64,000 nucleotides of DNA, from NCBI GenBank assembly GCA_030448245.1, contig JAUJNH010000003.1, forward strand, positions 43,750 through 107,749. The letters are read 5' to 3'. The notes under the pieces were generated by a model that had not been told where the DNA came from, searched no databases, and saw nothing but the letters and a program-made list of their open reading frames with translations. Below, piece after piece: positions 1 to 8,281 of the stretch. Position 1 is the stretch's first letter. Every line of letters starts with the position of its first letter. This DNA is from Acidimicrobiales bacterium. GTDB taxonomy: Bacteria; Actinomycetota; Acidimicrobiia; Acidimicrobiales; JAUJNH01. Made by a program: the position numbers and the translations under genes.

Positions 1-511
1 CGAAGTCGGCGAAGGCCCGCCAGGTGCCTCCCTGGCGCAGGTCGAGGGTGATCGACCAGGTGCCGTCGGCCCCCCGGGTGGGGTGGACGTGCTGGAACCC
101 CGTGAGGTCACGGCGCACCACGATGAGGTGCAGCTCGCGCTCGTGCAGCGCCTCGTAGCGCTGGAGGGGGGAGCCGTCGGGCCCGTCGATGCGGAAGCGG
201 AACGGGGTGGCCGGTCCCGACGCGAGCGTCGTCGCCTCGGCCACGAACCGGTAGCCGGTGTCGGCCACGGCCAACCCGGGGGCGGTGGCGGCGGAAGGGC
301 CGGGCGCCGGCTCGTCGCCGTGGGCGCCCCCATGGCCAGCCTCCGGCTCACCCATCTCCATGCCTGGGGCCATGCTGTGGCCGCCGCTCGAACGGCCGGC
401 CAGCCCGTCCGGGGCCACGGCGCGGGCGACGCCGTAGCTGGCTGCGAAGACCGCAGCCACGGCAACGGTGAAGCCGGCGAGCTTGACGCTGGCGGAAGGG
501 CTCGTCCTCAT
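1..511 (-). CDS. secreted hypothetical protein, N-terminal part only (gene runs off the window start); signal peptide, His/Met/Gly-rich linker, then a beta-rich domain
   Basis: Absent from the ORF track because it has no stop in the window. The reverse-strand ATG at 511 gives MRTSPSASVKLAGFTVAVAAVFAASYGVARA, then GGHSMAPGMEMGEPEAGHGGAHGD, then RFRIDGPDGSPLQRYEALHERELHLIVVRRDLTGFQHVHP. Composition is protein-like. Confidence 0.5.
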   Translation of the reverse strand, partial: MRTSPSASVKLAGFTVAVAAVFAASYGVARAVAPDGLAGRSSGGHSMAPGMEMGEPEAGHGGAHGDEPAPGPSAATAPGLAVADTGYRFVAEATTLASGPATPFRFRIDGPDGSPLQRYEALHERELHLIVVRRDLTGFQHVHPTRGADGTWSITLDLRQGGTWRAFADF

Positions 512-600
512 GGCCGTCATCATACCCCCCCGGGGTACCGTTGGCAACCCGGGCCCGGCGAAGATGCGTGGACGAGAAGCCCGCGGGGTAGGCGCCGGCC

Positions 601-1560
601 ATGGCGAGCTTCGGGTACTTCCTGTCCAGCGAGGAGCTGACCCCCAAGGATGCGGTGCGGACGGCCCAGCGGGCCGAGAAGGCCGGCTTCGACCGGCTGT
701 GGATCTCTGACCACTACCACCCGTGGAACGACGCCCAAGGCGAGTCGTCGTTCGTCTGGGGGCTGATCGGTGCGATCGCCGCAACCACCGATCTGCACGT
801 GACCACGGCCGTCACCTGCCCCACCGTCCGCATCCACCCGGCCGTCACGGCCCAGGCCGCGGCCACGTCGTCGCTGCTGCTGGACGGTCGATTCGCCTTT
901 GGCGTCGGGACGGGCGAGTTCCTGAACGAGCACATCCTCGGCGACCACTGGCCCCCGGCCGACCGGCGCCTCGAGATGCTGGCCGAGGCCATCGAGGTGA
1001 TGCGGGCCCTGTGGACCGGCGAGTGGGTCACTCACTACGGCAAGCACTACACGGTCGAGGACGCCCGGATCTACTCCTGCCCGGACGAGCCCGTGCCGGT
1101 GTACATCTCCGGCTACGGGCCGAAGTCGGTCGCCCTCGCCGCCCAGCTCGGCGACGGGTATGTGAACACCTCGCCCAGCGGCGAACTGCTTCAGTCGTAC
1201 CGCGACCAGGGAGGCAAGGGTCCCGCGCAGGCCGGTGTGAAGGTGTGCTGGGCCGACGACGAGCAGGCGGCGCTGAAGACGGCGCATCGTCTCTGGGCCC
1301 ACACCGGCGTCCCGGGCGAGGCCATGGCCGAGCTGCGGATGCCGCAGCACTTCGAGCAGCTGGCCGGCGTCGTGTCCGAGGAGATGACGGCCGAGAGCGT
1401 GGCGGTGGGCCCCGACCCCGAGCGTCACCTCGCCGCCATCACCCCCTACCTGGAAGCCGGCTTCGACGAGGTCTTCGTGTCCCAGATGGGTGAGGACCAG
1501 GAGGGCTTCTTCCGCTTCTGGGAGAGCGAGCTGCAGCCCCGCCTGGCCAAGCTGGGCTGA
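601..1560 (+). CDS. luciferase-like (LLM class) F420-dependent oxidoreductase
   Basis: 319-aa ORF with FGYFLSSEE, GFDRLWISDHYHPW and FAFGVGTGEFLNEH, the pattern of the LLM / F420-dependent G6PDH-related fold. Confidence 0.8.
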   Translation: MASFGYFLSSEELTPKDAVRTAQRAEKAGFDRLWISDHYHPWNDAQGESSFVWGLIGAIAATTDLHVTTAVTCPTVRIHPAVTAQAAATSSLLLDGRFAFGVGTGEFLNEHILGDHWPPADRRLEMLAEAIEVMRALWTGEWVTHYGKHYTVEDARIYSCPDEPVPVYISGYGPKSVALAAQLGDGYVNTSPSGELLQSYRDQGGKGPAQAGVKVCWADDEQAALKTAHRLWAHTGVPGEAMAELRMPQHFEQLAGVVSEEMTAESVAVGPDPERHLAAITPYLEAGFDEVFVSQMGEDQEGFFRFWESELQPRLAKLG

Positions 1561-1567
1561 CGCCGGC

Positions 1568-2353
1568 TCAGGCCCCCACTCCGTTCCGCGCCTCGATCGC
1601 CGCGGCCACCCGGGCCGGCGCCCGCAGCGCAGGGTGGTGGTCGACACCTTCCAGGAGGACCAGCTCGAGCGACGGCTGCTCGACGGCGAGGCGGCTCGCC
1701 CACATGGGGGCGGTGGTCCGGTCGTCGGCGCCGGCCAACGCCGTGGTGGGGCAGCTCACCCGGCGCAGGAGGTCCGCCGCTCGCTCGGCCAGCACCAGGT
1801 TGGCCAGGGTGCGGTGGTAGCTGGTCCAGGTGTGGCGGACGCCGTCGATGGCCACCGCGGCCGGCACCGAGCGCACGGCCAGGGGGGCCAACGCAGCGGC
1901 GAACGCCGCATGCCGGCACATCAGCTGGCAGATGAAGCGGCCACGCCGGTCACCGGTGGCGGTCCAGCGGGCCATGGCCCCCAGCCGGCCCACCTCGCTG
2001 ACCGCGGTGGCCCGGTCGGGCCAGGCCGGGAGGCTGGTGAGCACCAGCCGCAGCACGAGGTGGGGCCACCGGGCGGCCGCGCCGAGGGCGATGAGACAGC
2101 CGGTGGAGTGGGCGACGAGGGTGGCCGGCTCGACGAGGAGCCGCTCCAGGCCTTCGAGGTGGGCGTCGAGGTCGTAGGCGCTGGTGCCGGGAGCGGGTGA
2201 GCGGCCGAAGCCGAGCAGGTCGGGGGCCACCAGCCGCCGCCCCGGGAGGTGCTGGGCCACCGGGTCCCAGTAGGCCGACGAGGCCCCCAGCCCGTGGATC
2301 GCCACGGTGAGCGGGCCGTCGCCCCAGGTCGAGTGGAACAGGGCCGGCGCCAT
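1568..2353 (-). CDS. alpha/beta hydrolase
   Basis: 261 aa. HGLGASSAYW (HG oxyanion motif), AHSTGC nucleophile elbow, C-terminal GVDHHP. Confidence 0.8.
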   Translation of the reverse strand: MAPALFHSTWGDGPLTVAIHGLGASSAYWDPVAQHLPGRRLVAPDLLGFGRSPAPGTSAYDLDAHLEGLERLLVEPATLVAHSTGCLIALGAAARWPHLVLRLVLTSLPAWPDRATAVSEVGRLGAMARWTATGDRRGRFICQLMCRHAAFAAALAPLAVRSVPAAVAIDGVRHTWTSYHRTLANLVLAERAADLLRRVSCPTTALAGADDRTTAPMWASRLAVEQPSLELVLLEGVDHHPALRAPARVAAAIEARNGVGA

Positions 2354-2358
2354 CCGGC

Positions 2359-3030
2359 TCAGCCTCCCCGCTCCCCCGCTGGGCCGGTCCGGCTCACGCC
2401 GACGCCCTCCCTCCCGGCTTCGTCTCCACGGTCATCCGCCGGGGGCTTCCGGAGTCCCACGCAGTCGTGCTGCCAGAACAGCTCGGGGTAGACCAGGGTT
2501 CCGGTCATCCAGGACCGGCAGGCCGGGAGCCTGAGGACCTGGAACGCCGGCTCCGGGATGCGGAGGGACGGTGACCTGAACCCGTGGTGGCTGGCCCGCT
2601 CGAACCCGAACCGGGCGTAGTAGCCAGGCGAGCCCTCGAGGAAGACAAGGGGATCACCTCGGGCGGCCAGTGCGGCAAGGCCGTGCCTGACCAGACGGGC
2701 GCCGATCCCCTGCTGCTGGCGGGCGGGCTGGACGGCCAGCGGGCTCAGCACCTGCACGCCGACGAGGCGGCGTGGAGCATCCAGCAGGCTCCGGGTGAAC
2801 ATGACGTGACCGACGAGTCCAGTGCCGTTCTCGGCCACGAATGCGAGTCCCTCCCAGGCTGTCGACTGCCGGAGCGAGTCCACCAGCTCGGCGACGACGT
2901 GCCCGTGGTCGCCGAAGGCCTGGACGATGACCTCCCGAACAGCCGGGCGATCGGCCTCGCCCTCGATCCGCAGCTCCACCGAGCTCAGGTCAGCCGAGCT
3001 CACAGGTCGGCCTCTGAGGAGTGCCATCAC
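2359..3030 (-). CDS. GNAT family N-acetyltransferase
   Basis: QQQGIGARLVRHGL matches the acetyl-CoA binding motif Q/RxxGxG/A. YYARFGF is also present. 223 aa. Confidence 0.75.
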   Translation of the reverse strand: MMALLRGRPVSSADLSSVELRIEGEADRPAVREVIVQAFGDHGHVVAELVDSLRQSTAWEGLAFVAENGTGLVGHVMFTRSLLDAPRRLVGVQVLSPLAVQPARQQQGIGARLVRHGLAALAARGDPLVFLEGSPGYYARFGFERASHHGFRSPSLRIPEPAFQVLRLPACRSWMTGTLVYPELFWQHDCVGLRKPPADDRGDEAGREGVGVSRTGPAGERGG

Positions 3031-3106
3031 GCACGGTCACGACCCCTTCTGACCGGGGAGCGCCGGCCCGGACGTCCTGGTGAACGCTCGCGATTCGTAG
3101 CCTTTG

Positions 3107-4483
3107 CTAGTTGCCGTTCGTGGACCAGTGCCACGGCTCCGCGGGGAGGTTGCGGAAGCCGAAGCGGCCGGCGTTGCCGGCCAGCCACCGGAAGGCCGGG
3201 TTGGAGCGTGAGGTGATGAGCGAGCCGCGGTTGGTGAAGTCGATGGCGAGGCCCCGCTCGTGCATGGACGCCCCGGGCTTGGCCGTCGGCGGCGAGCACT
3301 GCGACGACGGCATCTCGTAGATGGCGTAGTTGCTCGTGCCGCAGTTGTTCATGCGCGTCTGAATCTGCTGCTGGGACGACCGGTAGCCCCCGCCGCTGAG
3401 GGAGAGCCCCGCGCCGTCGGACGCCGACAGGAGACTGGCCAGCTGGCCGGCGATCGACGAGGCGACGGTGATGCCCCGGACGGTGGTGAGGCCGGGCCCC
3501 GCTGGTGCCGTGGGCACCGGCCGGCGCGGGCCCGGGGGCGGCGGCAGCACGGCCACCGGGACGGGCGTGGCCCGCCGGGCCGCCTGGGCCACGGGACCGG
3601 GCGCAGCCGGAGTGCGCAGCCGGGCGGCCCGCTCGGACTCGGCCGTCTGCTGAGCCAGGAGCTGCTCGCGCAGGCGAGCGGCCCGCTCGGCCTCCGCCGC
3701 CTGCTGAGCCAGGAGCTCGGCTCGGCGGCGAGCGGCCGCCTCGGCGTCCTGGCGGGCGATGGCGGAAGCGAGCTCTGCGTCGGTCGCGGCCAGCTGGTCG
3801 ACCTCGGCCTCGTTGGCGGCGAGCTTGGCCTCGAGCGACTCGGCCACCGAGGCTTGGGCGGCCTGCAGCTTCTCGAGCTCGGCCAGGTGGGCCTCGCTGG
3901 CGGCCCGCTTGGCGGCTGCGTCCTTGGCCGCCTTGTCGGCTCGCTTGCGGGCGGCCATCAGGTCGGCGCGGGCGGCGCGGACCGCGTCCAGCTTGTCGGC
4001 CGACCTCCCGAGACGGATGTCGGCGTAGACGAGGGAGCGGGAGATGTCGCCGGCCGTGGCCGAGTCGGCCAGCTCGAGCGCCCCCGGGGTGGGCGCGGTG
4101 TAGACGTTCACGGCCTGGCCCCGCAGCGCGCTCATGGCCGTGCGGAGGCGCTCCTCGCCCAACGCCAGCTGGCGGTCGGCCGACTCGGCCTCGAGGAGGG
4201 CCCGACGCTCGGCCTGGGCCGCCTCCCCCAGCTGGTCGGTGGTGCCGCCCACCGAGGCGTCGAGGACCTCGAGCGCCTGCTCCACCTCCTGGTCCGATGC
4301 CTTGAGCACGTCGAGCCGAGCTGCCGCCTCGAGCCGCTTGCGCCGCACCTCGGCCTGCTCGCTCCTGGCGTCGGCGCCGGCCGGCACCGGCAGGGCCAGC
4401 AGCAGGATGGCGAGCGCCGCCACCACGATCTGGGCGCAGCGGCCGTGGGACGCGAGAGGCCAACGGCTGCGAGCGCGGGCCAC
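3107..4483 (-). CDS. secreted coiled-coil protein with C-terminal M15B/VanY-type D-Ala-D-Ala carboxypeptidase domain
   Basis: Signal-like AALAILLLALPVPAGADA, then about 300 aa of Ala/Glu/Arg/Leu-rich heptad-like sequence. The C-terminus SMHERGLAIDF...FGFRNLPAEPWHWS resembles the M15 zinc peptidase core. Confidence 0.7.
   Translation of the reverse strand: MARARSRWPLASHGRCAQIVVAALAILLLALPVPAGADARSEQAEVRRKRLEAAARLDVLKASDQEVEQALEVLDASVGGTTDQLGEAAQAERRALLEAESADRQLALGEERLRTAMSALRGQAVNVYTAPTPGALELADSATAGDISRSLVYADIRLGRSADKLDAVRAARADLMAARKRADKAAKDAAAKRAASEAHLAELEKLQAAQASVAESLEAKLAANEAEVDQLAATDAELASAIARQDAEAAARRRAELLAQQAAEAERAARLREQLLAQQTAESERAARLRTPAAPGPVAQAARRATPVPVAVLPPPPGPRRPVPTAPAGPGLTTVRGITVASSIAGQLASLLSASDGAGLSLSGGGYRSSQQQIQTRMNNCGTSNYAIYEMPSSQCSPPTAKPGASMHERGLAIDFTNRGSLITSRSNPAFRWLAGNAGRFGFRNLPAEPWHWSTNGN
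3624..3731. repeat. imperfect 54-bp (18-codon) tandem repeat x2 inside the coiled-coil region
   Basis: Units 3624-3677 and 3678-3731 share gcggcccgctcgg at their start and an identical 16-nt core tgctgagccaggagct. On the reverse strand they encode LLAQQ(A/T)AE(A/S)ERAARLR twice. Confidence 0.7.
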
Positions 4484-4580
4484 GGGACCGAGACCCTACA
4501 GGGTGGAGGGTTCGCGCCGCTGCACCCCCTTTGGGCGGGCTGCGCCGTGCTCGCACGGGCCGACCTCGTGGGACAACAAC

Positions 4581-4592
4581 TTGCACCTGCAA
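4581..4592. promoter_or_regulatory. candidate MarR operator / divergent promoter element
   Basis: Palindrome TTGCA-CC-TGCAA flanked by ACAACAAC and CAACAC in a locally AT-richer stretch. It lies about 55 nt upstream of the predicted MarR start, in the intergenic region shared with the divergent peptidase gene. Confidence 0.25.
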
Positions 4593-4646
4593 CAACACAC
4601 CTGTCGCGGGTCGTGGCACACCTTCGTGCCCCGGTGGGAGCATGGC

Positions 4647-5156
4647 GTGGTGGACGACCCCCGTTGGCTGAGCCCGGAGGAGATGCGGGCCTGGCGGGCC
4701 CTGCTGGGCGCGCAGCACCGCCTGCACCGGGCCCTGGATCTCGAGCTCCAAGCGGCCCACGGCACCAGCCTTCATGACCACGAGGTCCTCATCATCCTGT
4801 CGGAGCAGCCCGACGGCTCGTGCCGGATGGCCGATCTGGCCGGCCTGCTGACGCTCTCGCGCTCGGGGCTCACCCGCCGGGTCGACCGCATGGCCCAGAG
4901 CGGCCTGGTGACCCGCGAGCGCTGCGCGTCGGATGGCCGGGGCGTCTTCGCCAGAATCACCCAGCGTGGCCGCCGGGCCCTCGAGGCGGCCACCCCCGTG
5001 CACGTCGCCGGCGTGCGGCGCCACTTCATCGACGTGCTGGAGCCGGTCGAGCTGGCGCTCCTCGCCGACGCCCTCGAGAAGGTCGCGCTCGACCCGCCCG
5101 GCGGCGGCGAGCTGGCCGGCTCCGGCGCCGGCGGTGGGTCGGCGGCGGCCGTCTAG
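4647..5156 (+). CDS. MarR family transcriptional regulator
   Basis: The 3' part of ORF 4134..5156 contains SLHDHEVLIILSEQPDGSCRMADLAGLLTLSRSGLTRRVDRMAQSGLVTRE, a winged HTH. Start placed at GTG 4647; the upstream part of the ORF is not protein-like. Confidence 0.8.
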   Translation: MVDDPRWLSPEEMRAWRALLGAQHRLHRALDLELQAAHGTSLHDHEVLIILSEQPDGSCRMADLAGLLTLSRSGLTRRVDRMAQSGLVTRERCASDGRGVFARITQRGRRALEAATPVHVAGVRRHFIDVLEPVELALLADALEKVALDPPGGGELAGSGAGGGSAAAV

Positions 5157-5506
5157 GCCTCAGCGGTCCCGGGCTCGGGCCCCGTCGCCAGCGGGCGGCC
5201 GCTCTCGGCCCAGCCCTCGGTGCCGGCGGTCACGTTCAGAACCTCCCAGCCGAGCTGCAGGCGCATCGCCTCGGCCGCGCTGCGCGACCGGCTGCCCCGG
5301 GCGCAGATCACGTAGAGGGGGCGGCCTTTGGGCACGGCGTCGAGCCGCTCGCCCAGCTCGGGCAGCGGCACCAACACGGCACCCGGCACGTGCTTCTGGA
5401 CGTACTCGTCGGGGTTGCGGACGTCGAGGACGGTGGCCCCGTCGCGCCAGGCCGTCTCGAACGCCTCCAGGTCGACCTCTGGCACCACCGTCGAGTCGTC
5501 GCTCAT
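5153..5506 (-). CDS. rhodanese-like sulfurtransferase domain protein
   Basis: 117 aa from ATG 5506: MSDDSTVV...VLDVRNPDEY...YVICARGSRSRSAAE (active-site Cys loop). The rest of ORF 5153..5869 is Arg/Pro junk. Confidence 0.8.
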   Translation of the reverse strand: MSDDSTVVPEVDLEAFETAWRDGATVLDVRNPDEYVQKHVPGAVLVPLPELGERLDAVPKGRPLYVICARGSRSRSAAEAMRLQLGWEVLNVTAGTEGWAESGRPLATGPEPGTAEA

Positions 5507-6156
5507 GGGGCCAACCTTTCCACGACCCAGAGCTGGGTCTGGCCCCGCCGGTAGCGGAGCCGGTCGTGGAGGCGGCTGGGCCGCCCCTGCCACAGCTCGA
5601 CGGTGTCGGGGACGATCCGGTAGCCGCCCCAGTGCGGCGGGCGGGGCACGTCGTCGTCCGGGAAGCGGGCCTCGGCCTCGGCGACCCGGGCCTCGAGCTC
5701 GGTGCGGTCGGTTAGGACCTCGCTCTGGGCGCTGGCCCACGCCCCGATCCGGCTGGCCCGGGGGCGGGAGGCGAAGTAGGCGTCCGACTCCTCGTCGGTG
5801 GTGGGCTCGGCGGCGCCGGTCAGGCACACCTGGCGGTGGACGTCGTCCCAGCGCAGCAGGCCGGCGCACCGGGGGTTGGCAGCCAGCTCGCGGCCCTTGC
5901 GGCTGTGGTGGTTGGTGAAGAAGACGAGGCCGCCACCGGAGATCCCCCGCAGCAGCACCGTCCGGCTCGACGGCACACCCTCGGCGGTGGCGGTCGACAC
6001 CACCATGGCCCCGGGCTCGGCCACGCCCCGAGCCACCGCCTCGGCCACCCAGGCGGCGACGGCATCGAGGGGGGATGCCGGCAGATCGGCTTCGTCCAGG
6101 GTGCCCCAGTCGTAGTCGCTCCGGATGCTGGAGAGCGGCGGGACCGGCTCAACCAC
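5503..6156 (-). CDS. pdxH: pyridoxamine 5'-phosphate oxidase
   Basis: 217 aa with SRTVLLRGISGGGLVFFTNHHSRKGRELAANP, RASRIGAWASAQS and the C-terminal WGGYRIVPDTVELWQGRPSRLHDRLRY, typical of PdxH. Confidence 0.9.
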   Translation of the reverse strand: MVEPVPPLSSIRSDYDWGTLDEADLPASPLDAVAAWVAEAVARGVAEPGAMVVSTATAEGVPSSRTVLLRGISGGGLVFFTNHHSRKGRELAANPRCAGLLRWDDVHRQVCLTGAAEPTTDEESDAYFASRPRASRIGAWASAQSEVLTDRTELEARVAEAEARFPDDDVPRPPHWGGYRIVPDTVELWQGRPSRLHDRLRYRRGQTQLWVVERLAP

Positions 6157-6472
6157 CCTCGCCTCCGGTGCCGAGCAGGGCCCGCAGGTCCTCGGTGTAC
6201 TGCTCGAACGCCACCCTCCCCCGCCGGGTCAGCGCCACGAACGTGGCGGGCGTGCGCCCCTGGTGGGTCTTCTCGACCTCGACGTAGCCGGCCTCCTCGA
6301 GCTTGCGGAGGTGGGTGGAGAGGTTGCCGGCCGTCATGTCGAGCAGGCCCTGGAGCCGGGGAAAGGCCAAGCGGTCACCGTCGGCCAGAGCAGAGAGGGC
6401 GGCGACCACCCGGAGGCGAGCCTGAGCGTGGATCACGGGGTCGAGCTCGGGAAGCCCGATGGCGCCGCTCAC
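6149..6472 (-). CDS. winged-helix transcriptional regulator
   Basis: 107 aa from GTG 6472: RLRVVAALSALADGDRLAFPRLQGLLDMTAGNLSTHLRKLEEAGYVEVEK. A GTGA start/stop overlap joins it to the upstream membrane-protein gene. Confidence 0.6.
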   Translation of the reverse strand: MSGAIGLPELDPVIHAQARLRVVAALSALADGDRLAFPRLQGLLDMTAGNLSTHLRKLEEAGYVEVEKTHQGRTPATFVALTRRGRVAFEQYTEDLRALLGTGGEGG

Positions 6473-7086
6473 GAGCGGCGCGAGTGCCGGAGGGCGGCAG
6501 ATGCCAGCATGCCCCCGCCCCCGAGGACCGAGACGGCGAGCGAGTGCCAGCCGGGCCCGGCCAGCACGCCGGCCGCGTTGATGACGCTCAGCCAGATCCC
6601 GAAGCCGAACTGGTGGCGGTCGCGCCAGACGGCGCCGCCGCTCATGTACAGGATCGCCGTGATGAGGACCGGCAGCGAGCCCATGAGCAGCCCGAACTGG
6701 GCGTCGGGGAGGTGCGGCTCGAAGCGGGAGCTGATCACGCCGAAGCCGGCGAAGCCGACGGCCCACGACCAGCCGTACATGACGCCACGCTCGGCCGACT
6801 CCCCGGCCACCCCGTGGCTCGCCTTGTACCCGATGACACCGCTGACGACGCCGGCCGCCACCAGCAGGGCGTAGAGCGTGACGAGCGGGAGCCACTGGGG
6901 CATCGACACCAGCACCCGTTCGTCCGGGCCGTAGCGCAGGAACAGCAGGCCGTAGCCGACCAGCCAGGCCAGGCCCCAGGGGATCAGGAAGCTCCCGGGG
7001 TCGACGTCCAGGCGGCGGCGGGCGGCCTCCTGCTCCTCGACGATCAGGGCGAGTGACGCCTCCGGGGAGAGCGGCTCGTCGGTCAT
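6469..7086 (-). CDS. integral membrane protein (about 5 TM), unknown function
   Basis: Hydrophobic segments WGLAWLVGYGLLFL, LPLVTLYALLVAAGVVSGVIGY, WSWAVGFAGFGVI and LLMGSLPVLITAILYM. ATG 7086 is preceded by GGAGGTG. Coupled to the wHTH gene. Confidence 0.6.
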   Translation of the reverse strand: MTDEPLSPEASLALIVEEQEAARRRLDVDPGSFLIPWGLAWLVGYGLLFLRYGPDERVLVSMPQWLPLVTLYALLVAAGVVSGVIGYKASHGVAGESAERGVMYGWSWAVGFAGFGVISSRFEPHLPDAQFGLLMGSLPVLITAILYMSGGAVWRDRHQFGFGIWLSVINAAGVLAGPGWHSLAVSVLGGGGMLASAALRHSRRS

Positions 7087-7187
7087 GGCCATCACCTCCA
7101 AAGTGGTTTGTGGAAGAAACTCCTCTGAGTTTGTACCGCAAACCTCTTCGGACCGCAAGGGCCAGTGTGGCCCGCCGGGCTCACCAG

Positions 7188-7364
7188 CTAGCTGCTCTCC
7201 TTCGCCTTTTGCAGCGTGACGAAGATCTCCTCACGGTGGACGTCGACGCTGCGGGGGGCGGTGATCCCGAGGCGCACCTGGTCGCCCCGCACCTCGAGCA
7301 CGGTGACGACCACGTCGGTGCCGATCATGATGCTCTGGTTGGCGTGGCGGGTCAGCACGAGCAT
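7188..7364 (-). CDS. csrA: carbon storage regulator CsrA (RNA-binding translational regulator)
   Basis: 58 aa: MLVLTRHANQSIMIGTDVVVTVLEVRGDQVRLGITAPRSVDVHREEIF matches the CsrA consensus along its whole length. GGAAGGA lies upstream of ATG 7364. Confidence 0.85.
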   Translation of the reverse strand: MLVLTRHANQSIMIGTDVVVTVLEVRGDQVRLGITAPRSVDVHREEIFVTLQKAKESS

Positions 7365-7432
7365 TGGCAGGTCCTTCCGTGGCGTCCGCGGGCGGCGGTG
7401 GCAGCGTACTTCGTGCGGGCGCGCTAATGGCT

Positions 7433-8125
7433 TCAGCGGAGGAGGCCGAGTTCGGTCGCCCGGGACAGGGCGCCGAAGCGGCTCTGCACGTCCAGCTTCC
7501 CGTAGATGTGCTGGAGGTGGGTCTTGATCGTGGCGTCGCTGACGTAGAGGGCCCGGGCGATCTGCTTGTTCGAGTGCCCCTGGGCCAGCAGGGCCAGGAC
7601 CTCCAGCTCCTTCGCGGTCAGCGGTCCGGCCGCCTCGTCGCTCGGCGGCGCCGGGCTGGCGGGGGCCGGCCGGCGGGTCAGCTGCCCCGTCAGCCCCCCG
7701 ACCCCGTCCCCCGGCTCCGGGCCGATCTCCGGCCCCACCAACCGCTCGCCGCGCGTGATCCTGACCAGGGCGTCGGACAGCTCGTCGGGCCCCACCGACG
7801 CCACGAGGAGGGCGTCTGCGCCGGCGGCGAACAGGGCGCCGATCTCGGTACCGCCCACCGAGAGCGGGGGGACGAGCACCACGACCTTCGGTGGAGCCTG
7901 GTCGTGCTTGGCACTGCGGATGGCGGCTGGGGTCAGGCCGTCGAGGGGCGAGCCGAAGATGACGAGGTCGACACCCCGGAGCCGCACCAGGAGGAGTCCC
8001 TCGCTCACCTTGGCCGCCTCTCCGACCGCGTCGATGCCGCTCTTCGCCAGCACCCCCGCCAGCCCGAGGCGGACCAGCGGCCACCGGTCGACCACGACCG
8101 CGGTTCCGAGCCCGCCGCCTCGCAC
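7433..8125 (-). CDS. LuxR/NarL-family DNA-binding regulator with atypical (likely non-phosphorylatable) receiver domain
   Basis: The C-terminal LTAKELEVLALLAQGHSNKQIARALYVSDATIKTHLQHIYGKL is a LuxR HTH. The N-terminal receiver-like fold has DLVIFGSP where DLVLLDL is expected. Confidence 0.75.
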   Translation of the reverse strand: MRGGGLGTAVVVDRWPLVRLGLAGVLAKSGIDAVGEAAKVSEGLLLVRLRGVDLVIFGSPLDGLTPAAIRSAKHDQAPPKVVVLVPPLSVGGTEIGALFAAGADALLVASVGPDELSDALVRITRGERLVGPEIGPEPGDGVGGLTGQLTRRPAPASPAPPSDEAAGPLTAKELEVLALLAQGHSNKQIARALYVSDATIKTHLQHIYGKLDVQSRFGALSRATELGLLR

Positions 8126-8281
8126 GCCCGCCCATCCTAACGACAGCCCAAGTCTGTCTCCCGGGCTTAGCGTGCCGGAAGCGTTGTCAACCTGCCGGTT
8201 CCGACCGGGTGGTGTCGCGCATGGTCATCGCCCGCTGGAGATCATCCTCTTGCCCGATAGTGGCCGAACCGACCGCCCTGG

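Noticed and set aside
3027-5024. 665-aa reverse ORF overlapping the peptidase and MarR genes
   Set aside because: Extreme Arg/Gly/Pro content. It sits in an alternative frame of the same strand as the peptidase gene and antisense to MarR, and is incompatible with both better-supported calls.
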